Virus record (IMG/VR): IMGVR_UViG_3300048918_000116
Span: 7,245-71,244 of that record
Source of the DNA: a virus
Length of the DNA stretch: 64,000 nucleotides
Reading direction: 5' to 3' (one strand)
Within the stretch, counting starts at the first letter, position 1. Each line of letters opens with the position of its first letter. Positions 10,175 to 22,235 of the stretch are shown here, in pieces. The notes beneath the pieces were generated by a model, which saw only the letters and a list, made by a program, of their open reading frames with translations, was not told the origin of the DNA and did not search any database. Both the position numbers and the translations under genes were made by a program.

Positions 10175-10719
10175 TAGTGAATACTAGGCGGAGGCGTCTC
10201 TGGTGTAACCACACTCTCGCCGACCAATTTAGCTTGCTGATCCGCGGCTGCGGCAGTCCATTGCTCAGGCGTCATAATGCCAGGCAGAACAAATACACCT
10301 TCGCCGATATCAGGTTGGTTCTCAGGGGGTTTGTTGGTGGGATCCATACCGTACAGATTAGCCAAGCGCGACAATGCCGCAACTCGGGCACTTTGCGACG
10401 AGCCTGGACCACGATAGTTCGCTTCGCGATTCAGACCGGCAATGATACGTTTCTTAGCAACTTCTGGATCATCAGAACCTGCACCAATCTCACCTTCCTT
10501 TTGTTGGATTGTGCGCAACACATAAGGCTCGGCCATGAATCGTGCAGCAAATTCTTTGGCATAGCTCTTGCCGTAGCCCACGCGGACGCATGCGCCTACA
10601 GCATCGTAATCAACTAGGTATTCGTTAATGAAGAAATCTCGCAGAGCTTTCTCGCGATATGAATAAGTTCTTTCTTCTTCCGGCTCGCTGATGGGGAGTA
10701 CGTCCTCGACGTTTTCCAT
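10174..10719 (-). CDS. terminase small subunit
   Basis: FINEYLVDYDAVGACVRVGY HTH; directly upstream of TerL. Confidence 0.85.
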   Translation of the reverse strand: MENVEDVLPISEPEEERTYSYREKALRDFFINEYLVDYDAVGACVRVGYGKSYAKEFAARFMAEPYVLRTIQQKEGEIGAGSDDPEVAKKRIIAGLNREANYRGPGSSQSARVAALSRLANLYGMDPTNKPPENQPDIGEGVFVLPGIMTPEQWTAAAADQQAKLVGESVVTPETPPPSIH

Positions 10720-10749
10720 GTTACCCTCTAGAGTCTGACAACTTTAGTG

Positions 10750-10779
10750 AGTATAGGGTAATCGTTTTGGGAAATGCAA
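10750..10779 (-). promoter_or_regulatory. sigma70-type promoter upstream of TerS
   Basis: Minus strand TTGCAT-18 bp-TATACT. Confidence 0.55.
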
Positions 10780-10916
10780 GGACTATTTGCTATGGGAGCG
10801 TTAAATTATGCGCGGCAGGGTAGCGCAATGTGCGCAGGTTAAACGCTAGCAGGGAGGGAGGGTACAGGGTAGGGGCAAGGGTTAAAACCGCTTGCCCACC
10901 GTTTTAAACGGTTGTA

Positions 10917-11303
10917 TCAAATTAAGTTGCCTGTCATGTAGCGGACAATAAGGTCTCGTGCCTTTTCCCAATGGTCGCAGCATTCATACCAATAATACAG
11001 ATCAGAGACAAAAGCTCCAAACTCTTTTTGGTTTTGTGACTCTTTACCGCCTGGTTTCTTCATTTCAATAAAGAGCCCATGGAGGTATCCCCTAGGAACA
11101 GGAATAAAGATGTCGGATACACCTGACTTAACGCCTTCTGCTTTGAGCCTGGCTGCGACGGCAGGGTTACGCTCTCCGCCGTTAGGAATAGCAAAGGCCC
11201 ATTCTAGTTCTGGATAGATGTCGCGGTTTTGTTGCATCCACATAAATAAGGCAACTTGATGTGCATGCTCTGTGCCTACGGCTGCATATTGTTCTGGACT
11301 CAT
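10917..11303 (-). CDS. VRR-NUC domain endonuclease (Holliday junction resolvase-like)
   Basis: EHAHQ...FAIPNGG...GVKSGVSD...FIEMKKPGG...Q. Confidence 0.85.
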   Translation of the reverse strand: MSPEQYAAVGTEHAHQVALFMWMQQNRDIYPELEWAFAIPNGGERNPAVAARLKAEGVKSGVSDIFIPVPRGYLHGLFIEMKKPGGKESQNQKEFGAFVSDLYYWYECCDHWEKARDLIVRYMTGNLI

Positions 11304-11779
11304 TCTAATTCCTCAAGTACAATTTTACTACCGTTAGATAATTCGAAGGTATGGACAATACAACCCTGTGTATATCTTACATCTTTTTGGTGGGCGGTTA
11401 TACAAACCTTCTGCGTGTAAAAGTTAAACCACTTCTCCTCTTTATACCGATCTTCTAGAGCTCTTATTGTTTGATACCGTATTCCCTTTTCATAATCTTG
11501 TTCGGACATGGTTTCACCTGTAAAGGTCTTCAGCAGAAAATCCATCATAAAACTCAATGCCAATGTTACCGTAGACAATCTTTCTTTTAAGCATGTCCGG
11601 ATTGTGCGGATAATCTTGCATGAGATCGCCATTCTTGTCCCGAACATAAACTATAGCTTCGCCCTTGTCTGTATCGGCGGTAAGACAATCCTCTAAAACA
11701 ACGCCGTTCTTATAGACGTTCTTAATGAGAACCCAAGCGTTAATGTAATACCCGCGATCTTTGTCGTCAATAGAAACTC

Positions 11780-12217
11780 TCATGCATCCCACCATTTCGC
11801 TTTCTTAAGGCGCCTAGACATACCGTATTCAAAAATAAGACTTGTACCATAATCATGGCATACGATGTGTTTGTTGTGCATGCCATAATTAGTAGACTTG
11901 AAGTCTGTGAAGAACACAGGCATCTTTTCTGGCAAGTTGTCAGGAGGAACAGGGTACGTCTTTTTCATTACTAAGACGCTACCGTTTGGACTAATCCACT
12001 CGCAAGGTGCAAACCATTTAGCCAAGTCTGTCTCTTTAATGCGATTCCAAGTCTCCCATTCAATAACATTTTGGAAGTTGCAAACAGAGTCCTCTACCTT
12101 AACCACACTATCTTTAAGTATCTGGCTCGAGTAAACGATGCGGCTCATTCCACAACCAATTTGCTCGTCGCAGAGCATCCAGAAGGTATCCTTCCATATT
12201 GTTGAGTTGGTGCTCAT
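11780..12217 (-). CDS. minimal protein-kinase-like protein
   Basis: IGCGMSRIVY Gly loop, VVKV lysine, NVIEW helix-C glutamate, DFKSTN catalytic loop, DYG. Confidence 0.55.
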   Translation of the reverse strand: MSTNSTIWKDTFWMLCDEQIGCGMSRIVYSSQILKDSVVKVEDSVCNFQNVIEWETWNRIKETDLAKWFAPCEWISPNGSVLVMKKTYPVPPDNLPEKMPVFFTDFKSTNYGMHNKHIVCHDYGTSLIFEYGMSRRLKKAKWWDA

Positions 12218-15200
12218 GACGCTGGCCACTCTTTGGTACAGATTTCTAAGGCTTGTTCTTCGGTGAAACCCTGAGCAATAGCAGCGTCATACTTTGCCTT
12301 GCAAATCTTGGATTTGTATTCGTAAATCTCAAGCTGCACCATCCAGCTATCGTAGACGTTCTTGATACCTGCTAGAACTTTCTTGCCGGCAGCTTGAAGG
12401 TTAGTTATCGGATTGGATTTTGGAGCTTCGGGCATTATTGTTCACCTTGTTAAGAAAGCACGACCGTTATGGTATTCTACTTCATCTTCTAGGTATATCT
12501 TTGGACCGTAGTGTTCCATGCTTACGCATGTGGAGTATTCAATTGTCCGCTGCTGCGGATCGTCAATTTCAATCGCCTTCCAGCTGAGTGTGATGTCACC
12601 GCGCTCAATTGTAAGTACAGGGTCTTGCGTCACCTTGCATTTTAGCAGCATTCCGTAACCTGCCTCGTAGAATATTGTGCCTAGTTTCAGCTTAGTGCGG
12701 TCAAACCTAAATTTGATAGGCTTACCAGAATTCGCGTCCATGTAAATTACTCCTTTGAGGTTGTGTTTGGGAGACTAACTTTGCGTGTGACTTTGGACCC
12801 ATCATTATAGCGTTTGATTCTTGCAAGACAAGTATTTCGCTCTTTGTACCAAAGAACTCAAGCATCCATCGATTTGTTTCAGCAATAACATCCGGAGTCA
12901 GATATTCTTTAACCTTTTCGGAGAGCTGCATCCTTGGCACATTATCTAACCAAGGAGTTACGATGACCTTCATACCGTTAAAGACGTTCATTTTATCACC
13001 TCGGCTTTAATGCAGACTAGAGAGTAGTTGGAACGCACAATGATGCCGCCTTTCTTTGCGCATTGATTTACCTTGTCGGTATGGAAGATATAGACAACAG
13101 AGGCTACGACAATTGCTGCAATTGCAACGACGCAAGCTATACCGAAGCTTTCAAGTGCGTCGTTAATGCGAGAGTTAATGGACATGGCTAGCGACCCTTT
13201 GCAACGGCAAGTCGGAGCGAAATGTACACGACTGCCAGTTCTGCTGCCTGTGGAAACTTAACGTGCAAGAATTCCATACGATCCAGCACGTACTTGATGT
13301 CCTTTTGTTCTTTTTCAGGTAGGTTTCGCAAGTCGGTTTCAAAGTTACCGAGAGCAATTTGTGCCGGCGTCGGTTGGTTTGGTGGGATGAAGTTCATGTT
13401 GGTTATCCGATCAAAATAAGGTGGTTGATAATTTTTCCGTCGCTATTTACAAACGCCATGCGCTCACCATTTTTCCCGCGCTCATGGACTGCTTGATAGA
13501 GCCTTAAAGCCTGCCGAAGTACGTGCGTCTTGCTCAAGTCCATTTCCGTTGCCAATCCTTCGAGAACTTCGTTTTCCCGTTCGGACAGGTTGAGGGTCAT
13601 TGTGCTCATTCTGTCGTCCCTCCCTTGCCGTTATCTACTGCGCCGTTGGTGGCTTCCTTGACCTTGTTTTCGATCATTTCAGCTACGGACTTGTGCTGGC
13701 AGTTGCCACTGAAGCCGCAATACTTCATACCTACGATGACGTGGCCGCACATGGCGTTAGGTGCAAGCATTCCGTGTACTTTGCATGTCGGCTTATCCAC
13801 GATTGCCCCCTGTTGGTTCCTCTGGTGTTTCATCACAGCGTAGCTGCTCATTCGGCTGCATGGCGGCGTCGAGGGCCTCTCTGAGTGTCTTAAACGCGTC
13901 GTATTCGTAGCTTGTAAATTTCGCCTCAAAGAACAAGTTTTTGCGGAAGGAAAATTGCTTACCTTCTTTCATGGAACGCTCAAGGAAATCTAGCCGTTCC
14001 GCATCCTTCGCGTCGGCAGAGCAGGGCGCAGCATTGCATTCATCTTTTCTTGTGCAACTCTGAAGGCAGGAGATTCCTAGGGTATCCTTGCAGCACAGCG
14101 GTCGATAACTCCTCTCCTCTTGCTTGCTTAGTACTGGCTGTGATGGCAGAGCAGGGAGGGCGGCAATAATTGTCGCAAGGTCGATGTCGCCCATTTTTTC
14201 ATGCCAATCGTCAGCCGAATCGTCAGGGCTATAGCAGGAACCGCATGCCTGCCGGATGGCTTGAGCGATCTGCATTTCACGCTCACTTGGTAATGACGCT
14301 ACCAGCATTGGCGCAGGTTGTGCCTTTAATACCGGATCGCCCATGTGCGTAGGGCCATTCATTTCATTCAGATCTTGAGCCATCTTGCGGCAAGATTCCT
14401 CCGCTTTTAGCGCCCGTTTCTTCCACTCTTGCAAGTCGTCACGCGCTCCGCGATAGGCGTCGTGATAGTTGTTCGTCGGCGCAGGTTGTGCGGCAATAGT
14501 ACGGACGGCATCAGCGAAATCTGCCTTAGACTTCTTGCTATCGCAGAAATCAAGCCATACTTGATTGATCTGCGGATCGCTTATTGTTTTCGCAGGTTGT
14601 GCGGCTTTCGGCTGCGGTGCATTGCTGCGAGAGAGAAGGATGCGCAATACCATCGACTCAATAGATCTGCCAAAACGAAGCGCCTCATCATCGGTCATAT
14701 TGCTGCGTCGCTCTGCATCGATAATTTGATCGGGTGTTAAAACCAACTCGTCCGTTATTCCTGCTGGTGCATTCTCCGTAATTTCAATTGCAATTCTCAA
14801 GCCGCTTCGCAGACCGGATGCGAAATTATCCGCTTGTTCATCATTATGTTTTGAAACATAATCTTCCTCTGCCTTCAGGCGGGAACGCAGTGATGGCAGA
14901 GCAGAGAGCGCATGCACCGTCATTAAACCTTTCCACTGCGGACCGTCAAAGGCTGTAGGGCGCTTCTTGAAGAATGTAATATGACCGTCGCATGCTTCGG
15001 CAGCGTATCCGTAAGGCTCTTGTTGAACTGGTGCGGCTCGCAGACGTTCAATTTCCTCGCGCATCACGTCGGCGCAATGCTTGCCAAGCGACCCGACAGG
15101 GAATGTGCTGATTTGTTGCTGCACCCATTTTGTCTTTTCAATCCATTCGTCATAGGCAACTGCTTTCCGCTGCATTAAACGGTCTGTATTATTTGCTTGG

Positions 15201-17217
15201 AGGTCGGCAGCTAGACGCGCAAATTTAAAGAATGCGCGTGTTGGAATCGTCTTTGGAAAGCACTCTTTCATTATAGCAGCAATCTGCGCATCAGTCATTG
15301 TGCTCATTTCTGTGTCTCCATGTATTCAACGGCAACTTCAAAGGCCTTTTTGAATGCAAAGGCGTAGACGCGATGAGCACTGCCTGAATTAAGGTCCGGA
15401 CGTGCGTCGAAGAATTCATCTTCGTGGAAAATAAGCTGGCCTTCCATTACAGCGCGACGCTGCTCGGACGTGTGGACTGGTTTTGGTGGCTCAGGGACAA
15501 ACGTACATTCGTAGAGTTCTTTAAATGCTTGCGGACTTATTGGCTTGCGGGCTTCAATTTGAGTCAATTGCTCAATGATAGGCCACATTTTATTACGATA
15601 TTCTGTATGTAGCGCGGCAAGCTCTTGCCTTAACAGGTTTTCTGTGCTCATTTGGATAGACCTATCTTTTGCATGAAGGTTTTGGTGTGTTCCGTGGGCT
15701 TGTAGGCTTCAACAATGTCAACAACTTTGGATAGTGACTTTGCTGGACGACGGTGTGGAGCAAATACGTCGTCAATGTCAATAATGATACCGTCAAATAC
15801 TTTGCTGATCATTACGGGAATTTGCATAGCAAGTGCGGGTTCCATGTCGGTAAAGTGGACGCAGTGCAAAGCGTGAAGCTGTAGTAGAGTTTTAGGATCA
15901 CTGGGCGTAATGTTGGCCAGTTTGAGACATTCTTTAATGCTGCAAATGTCAACCCAACCTTTCTTGAACATATTGCTCAGAGCTGCTTTTATTACAAGTT
16001 GTGTAGTTTTGTCCATGATTATTCGTCCGGTACGGTTGGAGGGATGTTGGTGCCTTGGAATTGCTTTTCGTAATACGGCTTGACGTTGCCTGGGCTTGCG
16101 GCACCAATGGAGGATAACCACGCTCTCAGCTGCTGCCTAGCTACACGTCGCTCGGCGGTACGCTGCTCGCGTGTATGGGCTTTAATACCTAGGATTGTGC
16201 GTATAGCCTCAACGACGTGATGTGGCGCAGGTTTGTCGTTCTTTAACATGATGTTTTAGAAGTGTGGTTAGATAAAGGATTATAGGGACTGTACGGACCT
16301 GTCTTAGGCTTTGATTTAGCTGTTGGATAGCGTACAGAAAATGCAGGAGGACGGAGGTGGATGTTAAACAGGTATAGGATTTTGTGACGGTCGTCTTCAG
16401 AAATGGAGTGGGAGAAGAAACACTCTGCTGAGACTGTTAGCAAGAAGACGTTGATGTCGTCGTTTGCGAACGGACCGTCGTTTAACAGGTCGTGGACCAT
16501 ACGGTGAAAGCGAAAGACGTCCGGAGGTAAGTCTGGAGGTAAGTCTGGGAGAATAGTGTCCATGGCATGTGCCTTTAGGAGTTGTTGGGATTTGGGAGTT
16601 GTGTGGTTAGTCTTGGACGTGTGGCTTGGTCTTGTTAATGGCTGCTACGCCAGCGTCGGCAAGTTGTTCTTTGAACTTAGCGAGAGCTGTAACGGGATCG
16701 TAAGGGACGGTAGTGGTTATTGATGAGGGAAGGTTGTTGACCACACTTACGAGTGCAGGAAGGTTGAAGTCGTCTGGCGTGACTAACTGTGTAAAGACAG
16801 TACGGACGGGATATGTTGCGTAGCCGTATTGGCCTGGAGCTGGCGAAGGTGCGGTTTCAACGAGCTCGACTGTAACTTTGTAGAAACTAGATGCGCCTGG
16901 AATTGGAGACATGGCAGTTGCCTTTCTGGTTGTGGTTGGGGGGGGGGTTAGTTGGTGGCTTCTTTGATTGTGGAAAGACGGTAGGCTTCAATAGTTGCGG
17001 CGAAAGCATCGTGGTCGATCTTGAGTAGCGGAGCCCAGGCTACAAAGTATTCGCCTAGTTGACCATACCAGCTTCCAGTTACGCATATACCACCGATAGT
17101 GAGAAGCTGCATTTTACCGGAGCGGATGCTAGATGGTGGCAAGGTAAAGCTCCAAGAGAGGGTCACTTGTGTAGAGACAGCAACTAAGGGGCTATTCGGT
17201 TGGAGGTTATTGGTCAT
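12214..17217 (-). other. run of small hypothetical phage genes (12214-12435, 12442-12741, 12722-12991, 12988-13185, 13188-13397, 13793-15307, 15304-15651, 15648-about 16016, 16019-16249, 16243-16563, 16607-16912, 16948-17217)
   Basis: Tightly packed co-oriented ORFs, many with ATGA-type overlaps; 13793-15307 is a mosaic AQP-linker protein; no function recognised. Confidence 0.6.
13403..13609 (-). CDS. ribbon-helix-helix (CopG-like) DNA-binding protein
   Basis: MTLNLSERENEVLEGLA...SKTHVLRQALRLY. Confidence 0.7.
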   Translation of the reverse strand: MSTMTLNLSERENEVLEGLATEMDLSKTHVLRQALRLYQAVHERGKNGERMAFVNSDGKIINHLILIG

Positions 17218-17492
17218 TTGGAAGTGATCTGGTAATGTGGTGGTAGCGAATTGGTATAGGGTAATAGTACGTTAGAATGTTATGGATACGCAATAAGAAT
17301 ATTGTATCGGTAGTTGATAGGGAACATTGGGAATTTTCCTAGTTTTTTTTTTAGGATGGGAGATAGTGAAAGTATGGACGGGGTGTACTTTGATAGGTGA
17401 TATGGAAACGTTGGAGAGTATGGATAAAATAGGCCCACGTAGCCGCTTTTGTTGCCTTTTGGCATGATTTACTTACAGCATGATGCATACAG

Positions 17493-17534
17493 TTTGCGCT
17501 AGCGCAAAGCGTGTCAGCTAGGGTAGGCTATACT
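17493..17534 (+). promoter_or_regulatory. early promoter with upstream palindrome (copy 1)
   Basis: TTTGCGCTAGCGCAAA (17493-17508) and TATACT at 17529. Confidence 0.6.
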
Positions 17535-17602
17535 ACAGTTATGGGTAGTGCACCACTACCCACCTAACCCCAGGCAGGGGTACATTACTAAGGAGCAACA
17601 CC

Positions 17603-18097
17603 ATGTCCAAGCAACAACAAGCCACACAGCAACATGCTGTTGAGCAATCAGTTAACACATCCGTGCAGCAACTGTTTTCCGCTGGGCCAGATTCCCTGCG
17701 CGCACGTCGCCTTGCCGCAATACAAGTTACTTTGCAGCAGCGTCGTATCGCTGCAAAGCAAGCTAAGTTTGTTGCTGTATCGCAAGCACATGCCGCAGAG
17801 CAAGAGCGTCTTGCTAAGCAGCAAGCATACCAGTTAGCAGTAGAGCAGCTTGCCGCGCAGTATGGTATTCCCCTGCATCAACACGTAGCACCACGCGCTA
17901 ACAGTGCAACAACAGTTCCAAGCAACAACCAAATTCTTATCGATGGGCAATACTTTACACCATGCAAAGCAGTGCACGCTCTTGCTGCTATGCATGGGAA
18001 CCGTAAGGACACATTAGCAGCATGCAAGTTGCATGGTATCAACCCTGCTACTGCTGCCACACAATGGGGCGTGTACAAGAAGGAACATGGCCTGTAA
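17603..18097 (+). CDS. early protein with C-terminal HTH-like domain (paralogue family A)
   Basis: RBS AAGGAG; C-terminal ACKLHGINPATAATQWGVYKK resembles ORFs at 25793, 42036, 42877. Confidence 0.75.
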   Translation: MSKQQQATQQHAVEQSVNTSVQQLFSAGPDSLRARRLAAIQVTLQQRRIAAKQAKFVAVSQAHAAEQERLAKQQAYQLAVEQLAAQYGIPLHQHVAPRANSATTVPSNNQILIDGQYFTPCKAVHALAAMHGNRKDTLAACKLHGINPATAATQWGVYKKEHGL

Positions 18098-18342
18098 TCA
18101 ATAGGTAAGCAACCCCGCAAGGGTTGCTCTAAGGTCATTCACCTAGTGGCCTTAGAGCAGCACTTAGCACTGTGCCACACAACGCTGACACATTAGTTAA
18201 CTCTTTAACAACTAGAACCTAAAGACTGACGAACAGTCGCCGACCGTACAGGTCGCCACATAGCGTGTGACAGACGCCGTGTGATTGCCCTTTAGAAATA
18301 GAGTGCAATCACTGAAATTAATTCATGAAAGGAAGGTGCATC

Positions 18343-20285
18343 ATGACATCAGCAAGTGGAATCCATCATCTACCACAATTCTACGCACAAGACGACGGAT
18401 TCGGCAACCTAATTATGGGATCAAGTGCCAGCTGGATTTGGATCTTTGACTGGCAATTTGATGGTGACATCACATATGTCAATTCATTAACATATTTAAC
18501 AGGACACATTTAATCATGACCGCCGAACAAATCATGAGACTTCATATCAATACTCTCGAAATAAATGAAAGACGAATATTAGAACAAATTGCTTGGGCTA
18601 ATGAAAATATCTATTATGAATTAGCTGAAGCGTTAGATTTAGCTTTAGTTCATATATCACAGAAAAAGACCTTCGCTCGTCATTTGTTGGAAGAAATGAA
18701 AATTAACAAGGAGTTATCTAATCATGAATAGCAAAATTATTCAACCTTACGCCGGATATTACGAAGGAGGCTTAGAATATCCAAAAGCTATAAGATATCA
18801 TGACGGCGATAATTTTGTGATGCACACAGACGGACGCATCTTCAATTGTCATCCAAGAATTAACGGAATTTGGCCTATTCGTTTCCAAATTAAGGAATAC
18901 GACGGAAATTTCCAATTTGTTAAAGAACTTTTCTCTTCATGAGTAGATTATCAGCAGGGAGTTTGCGCAAACGCAAAGTGTATCCTTGCAGTAATGTTAT
19001 AATATAATTCTAGCATTGCGGAAAATTCTGCTAACTCATTCAAAGGAGTGGGTTAGCGGGGCAATTCCGCCCATTGGAGAAATAATCATGACATTTACTA
19101 CCCGCCACGAAGCTGTCGCCTACCTTGTGGAGACAGGCAAACCTCTAGCCATGGCAAAAGTTGCAATCAATGAGTGTTTCAATCAAATTCCGGTGCCCAA
19201 AGATGAAGATAATGATCTATTACGTATTGTTACAGGTCCTGAAACTACTCAGGTGGCTACTGCTTCGACTGAAATCGTTAATCAGGCTTATGATGAAGTG
19301 ATCGGTTGCGACTTTGATTGCGGCGATGAAGGAATTTCCATCATGGGTGAGCTCAAATACGACCTCAAAGGTGATTTAATACCTCCACCTGCTGAACAAA
19401 ATGCACCAAGCACAGAAGTAACTCAATAACCACACTCACGGGCGGTCGAGATGGCCGCTCTTTAGGAGAACAATTATGGAAGCATTTTGCATTGCTTATA
19501 CTTATCGTGTTGGAAGTAGAACTAAACGTACTCGCGTCATTGTAACAGCAGAAAATTACGAAGAAGCAAAAGAAATTCTTCGTAAGAGTGAACGCTTCAC
19601 GACTATCAACATTGAAGAACCTGCTACCATTATTCCAAGTGGCGAAATTTGGTTCTTAGACGAAACCATTTTATGAGGAGAACTAAAATGAAAACAGAAA
19701 TGAAACTGGCACTGATGTACATCTTAGGCTCAGCTTTAATCGTCGGAGCCTGCGTTGCATCAGTAGCTATTGAAATTTACAAGGAAGAACTTGTGCACAT
19801 CATTCTTCTTGTGCGTAAGTAATTTATTCATGAATGGAGTTTATCATGAATTTACCAACTGTAGACGAATTAATCAAAATGTTTCAAAAGATTAATTCCG
19901 ATTGTCGTGCAACTGATGGCGAAGAGTTCGTTACTCTAAGCGATTGGGAATTTTACAGCGACCAAATCTTTGCAATTTATGAGGATAGTAAAATTACTCA
20001 TGAAGAGGCAGAAAAATTAGCAAAAGAAATGGCCGAAAAAGTGACAAGAGAAAATATCTCAAGTTTTTATTCATGAATAGAAAGGTAAGGCATATGACCA
20101 CACTCATTGCGGTTCGCCTTGAGGAAATTAGAGGCGGGCTCCAGACGGACAATAGGATGCTTTTGTTCAGGAAAAGAGGTGCGATTGGACATGCTACTCA
20201 CTACATTCTGGTCATGAAATGGCAGAAATTAAAGTTTGATCAGAAGCGAGAGATTCGCAAGGAATTTGAGCAAGTAGTAGCGTAA
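18343..20285 (+). other. small early hypothetical genes (18343-18513, 18516-18731, 18724-18942, 19088-19429, 19476-19676, 19846-20076, 20073-20285)
   Basis: Co-oriented ORFs with Shine-Dalgarno sites; 19088 ORF is a paralogue of 23324 ORF (TTRxxxxxYLVxxGKP). Confidence 0.6.
18962..19003 (+). promoter_or_regulatory. early promoter with upstream palindrome (copy 2)
   Basis: TTTGCGCAAACGCAAA (18962-18977) and TATAAT at 18998. Confidence 0.6.
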
Positions 20286-20289
20286 AGAA

Positions 20290-20800
20290 GCCTGCCGGTG
20301 CTAGTTCAGGCCGGTAGGATGTTAATGTAAAACTTGTTAAATGATACAGATTTTACATTAGCAAATTAGTGTACTCCTATTTTTTAGGGTATTCTGCCAC
20401 ATATAATGCGTTAGCCTATCATATATGTAGAATCTTGGGTACTACTAATGGGGTATATACTAGGGAATATAAGGGTTTTATATATATTATTAGTATTATT
20501 AGTAGTTTAGGAGTAGCACGCCTCAAAACATATTAGTCTTACTATAAGTTCTAGTACGATGATAGATTTTAATAGTTCTTTTGCACATTATATAGGCAAC
20601 ACAGGCTTACTATATAAGGCTTACTACGCCGTCCCCGGGCTAGCACACTTTACTAATAATAATTTTGCGTGCACCGTGGCTTAACTATATAGGCAGCCTA
20701 TGTACTAATTCCGCAAAGCAACAGACACAATAAATGCACTTGCAATCTTATTAGTCTTACTGGTACACTTTAAAAGCTGTCCAGACCAACAAACCTTTTC
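20290..20800. other. AT-rich non-coding region, candidate replication origin
   Basis: About 500 bp without an ORF; repeats TATTAGTCTTACT (20531, 20749), TATATAGGC and GGCTTACTA. Confidence 0.4.
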
Positions 20801-20805
20801 ATATC

Positions 20806-21558
20806 ATGCTTAACATGTCTACTAAACTAAATGCAGAAACACCGCTGCTAGTTCCATTAGAGCAGCTAGTAAATCATTACGATGTTGACTCAGCATACGT
20901 CGTCAAGCAATACCCGCACCATCGCGGAATTAACACTCAAGTTCGTTATTGGGTAGAAACCCGCAAACCATATGGCCAACGCTTGGTATATCAAACGCTT
21001 GACCCTTACACATGCAAATGGCTCAAAGAAAAGCCTGGAGCGTATGTAGCATTAGCAATCATGCGAGTAAACTGCGATTACGATCATCCACAGTGTGGTC
21101 ATGTAATTCCGCTCGTTTACCCGACATTTCTTAATCTTAACAACCAACAGTTCTGTGAGCTTGCATTAGCGTACTCTTACACAGAATATCAGAAAAATGT
21201 TATTATGAAAGAACTTATTGAACGTTTCGGCCCTGTCCAACCGCCACCATGGCGCAACGACCCGCCCATTAACCTAGCAGATGCAAACCGAGCAGAAAAT
21301 CCGCTCCCTTATGAATTGCGTGTGGAACGTTTAACCACACCTGAAGGAATTATCTGTGAAACATTTGCAGCAGCGCATACTCGCGTTCGTAAGGAAAGAC
21401 GCGCTCTTAAACTTCAACAACACCCTGAACTAGCCGACGAGCCCAAGCGTACACGAGCACCAACAAAGTTCAAAAAAGTTGATCCACATAGCGTTGACAA
21501 CCTTAACGATCACGAACTTGCGCTGTTTAACGAACTCATGCAGCCTCCATCCGATTAA
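20806..21558 (+). CDS. hypothetical protein
   Basis: 250-aa ORF after TTGCAA-18-TACACT; AYVVKQYP...VRYWVET...GQRLVYQTLDP. Confidence 0.7.
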   Translation: MLNMSTKLNAETPLLVPLEQLVNHYDVDSAYVVKQYPHHRGINTQVRYWVETRKPYGQRLVYQTLDPYTCKWLKEKPGAYVALAIMRVNCDYDHPQCGHVIPLVYPTFLNLNNQQFCELALAYSYTEYQKNVIMKELIERFGPVQPPPWRNDPPINLADANRAENPLPYELRVERLTTPEGIICETFAAAHTRVRKERRALKLQQHPELADEPKRTRAPTKFKKVDPHSVDNLNDHELALFNELMQPPSD

Positions 21559-21777
21559 CCCGTAACACATATCAAGGACAACAATGTTCTCTAAGCTCTC
21601 CAACTGGTACGCCTCTTGGCCCAAATTATTACGCTTCACGATTCAAACAATTCTATTTCCCTTCTTTGCAATATGTGCCGTTCCATTCTTTATCGTAATA
21701 GGCATACTGCAAGGTATCCTTGAAATGTACGATGATTTTAAGTAGTCCAACCACTCCCAACCTCAAAGGAGCTCCAA

Positions 21778-22137
21778 ATGGCCACACCTACACCTCTACA
21801 ACAAACATTCATTAACGCTCTGCGTACATCTGTAATTGGAATAGGTACAATAGTTCCAAGACCAATCAAACAAATCAAAGGCCAACTAAGAGACAGTTGT
21901 GGCGGGTTCTGCTTCCTTGGTCTTGCTAAGCATCTTGCTAAGGACGACGATTATTGTTCCGACGCACTACGCCGTCTTAACATCTTTGAGCTTGACGAAT
22001 TTGGTAGTTATATGTTCAACCCAATGGACATCCCTGAATGCGCTCACACTTGGGTTAGCCTTAACGACGCAGATAACGGGCTTACCTTTCCACAGCTTGC
22101 TGACTGTGTAGAATGGCTCATCCGTTCTCAGCAGTAA
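21778..22137 (+). CDS. hypothetical protein, paralogue family B
   Basis: FINALRT...FCFLG...LND...LTFPQLAD. Confidence 0.7.
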   Translation: MATPTPLQQTFINALRTSVIGIGTIVPRPIKQIKGQLRDSCGGFCFLGLAKHLAKDDDYCSDALRRLNIFELDEFGSYMFNPMDIPECAHTWVSLNDADNGLTFPQLADCVEWLIRSQQ

Positions 22138-22235
22138 TTACCAGAGCAGTAATTGCCCGCTGTATGCCTACACAAACCAGCGTGTGGGCATACGGAGCGT
22201 AATTCACGCTCATAACCTTAACAGGAGAAATAACT

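Noticed and set aside
18225-18240. Hammerhead core CTGACGA
   Set aside because: Part of a simple GACTG/CAGTC hairpin; no stem II-GAAA follows
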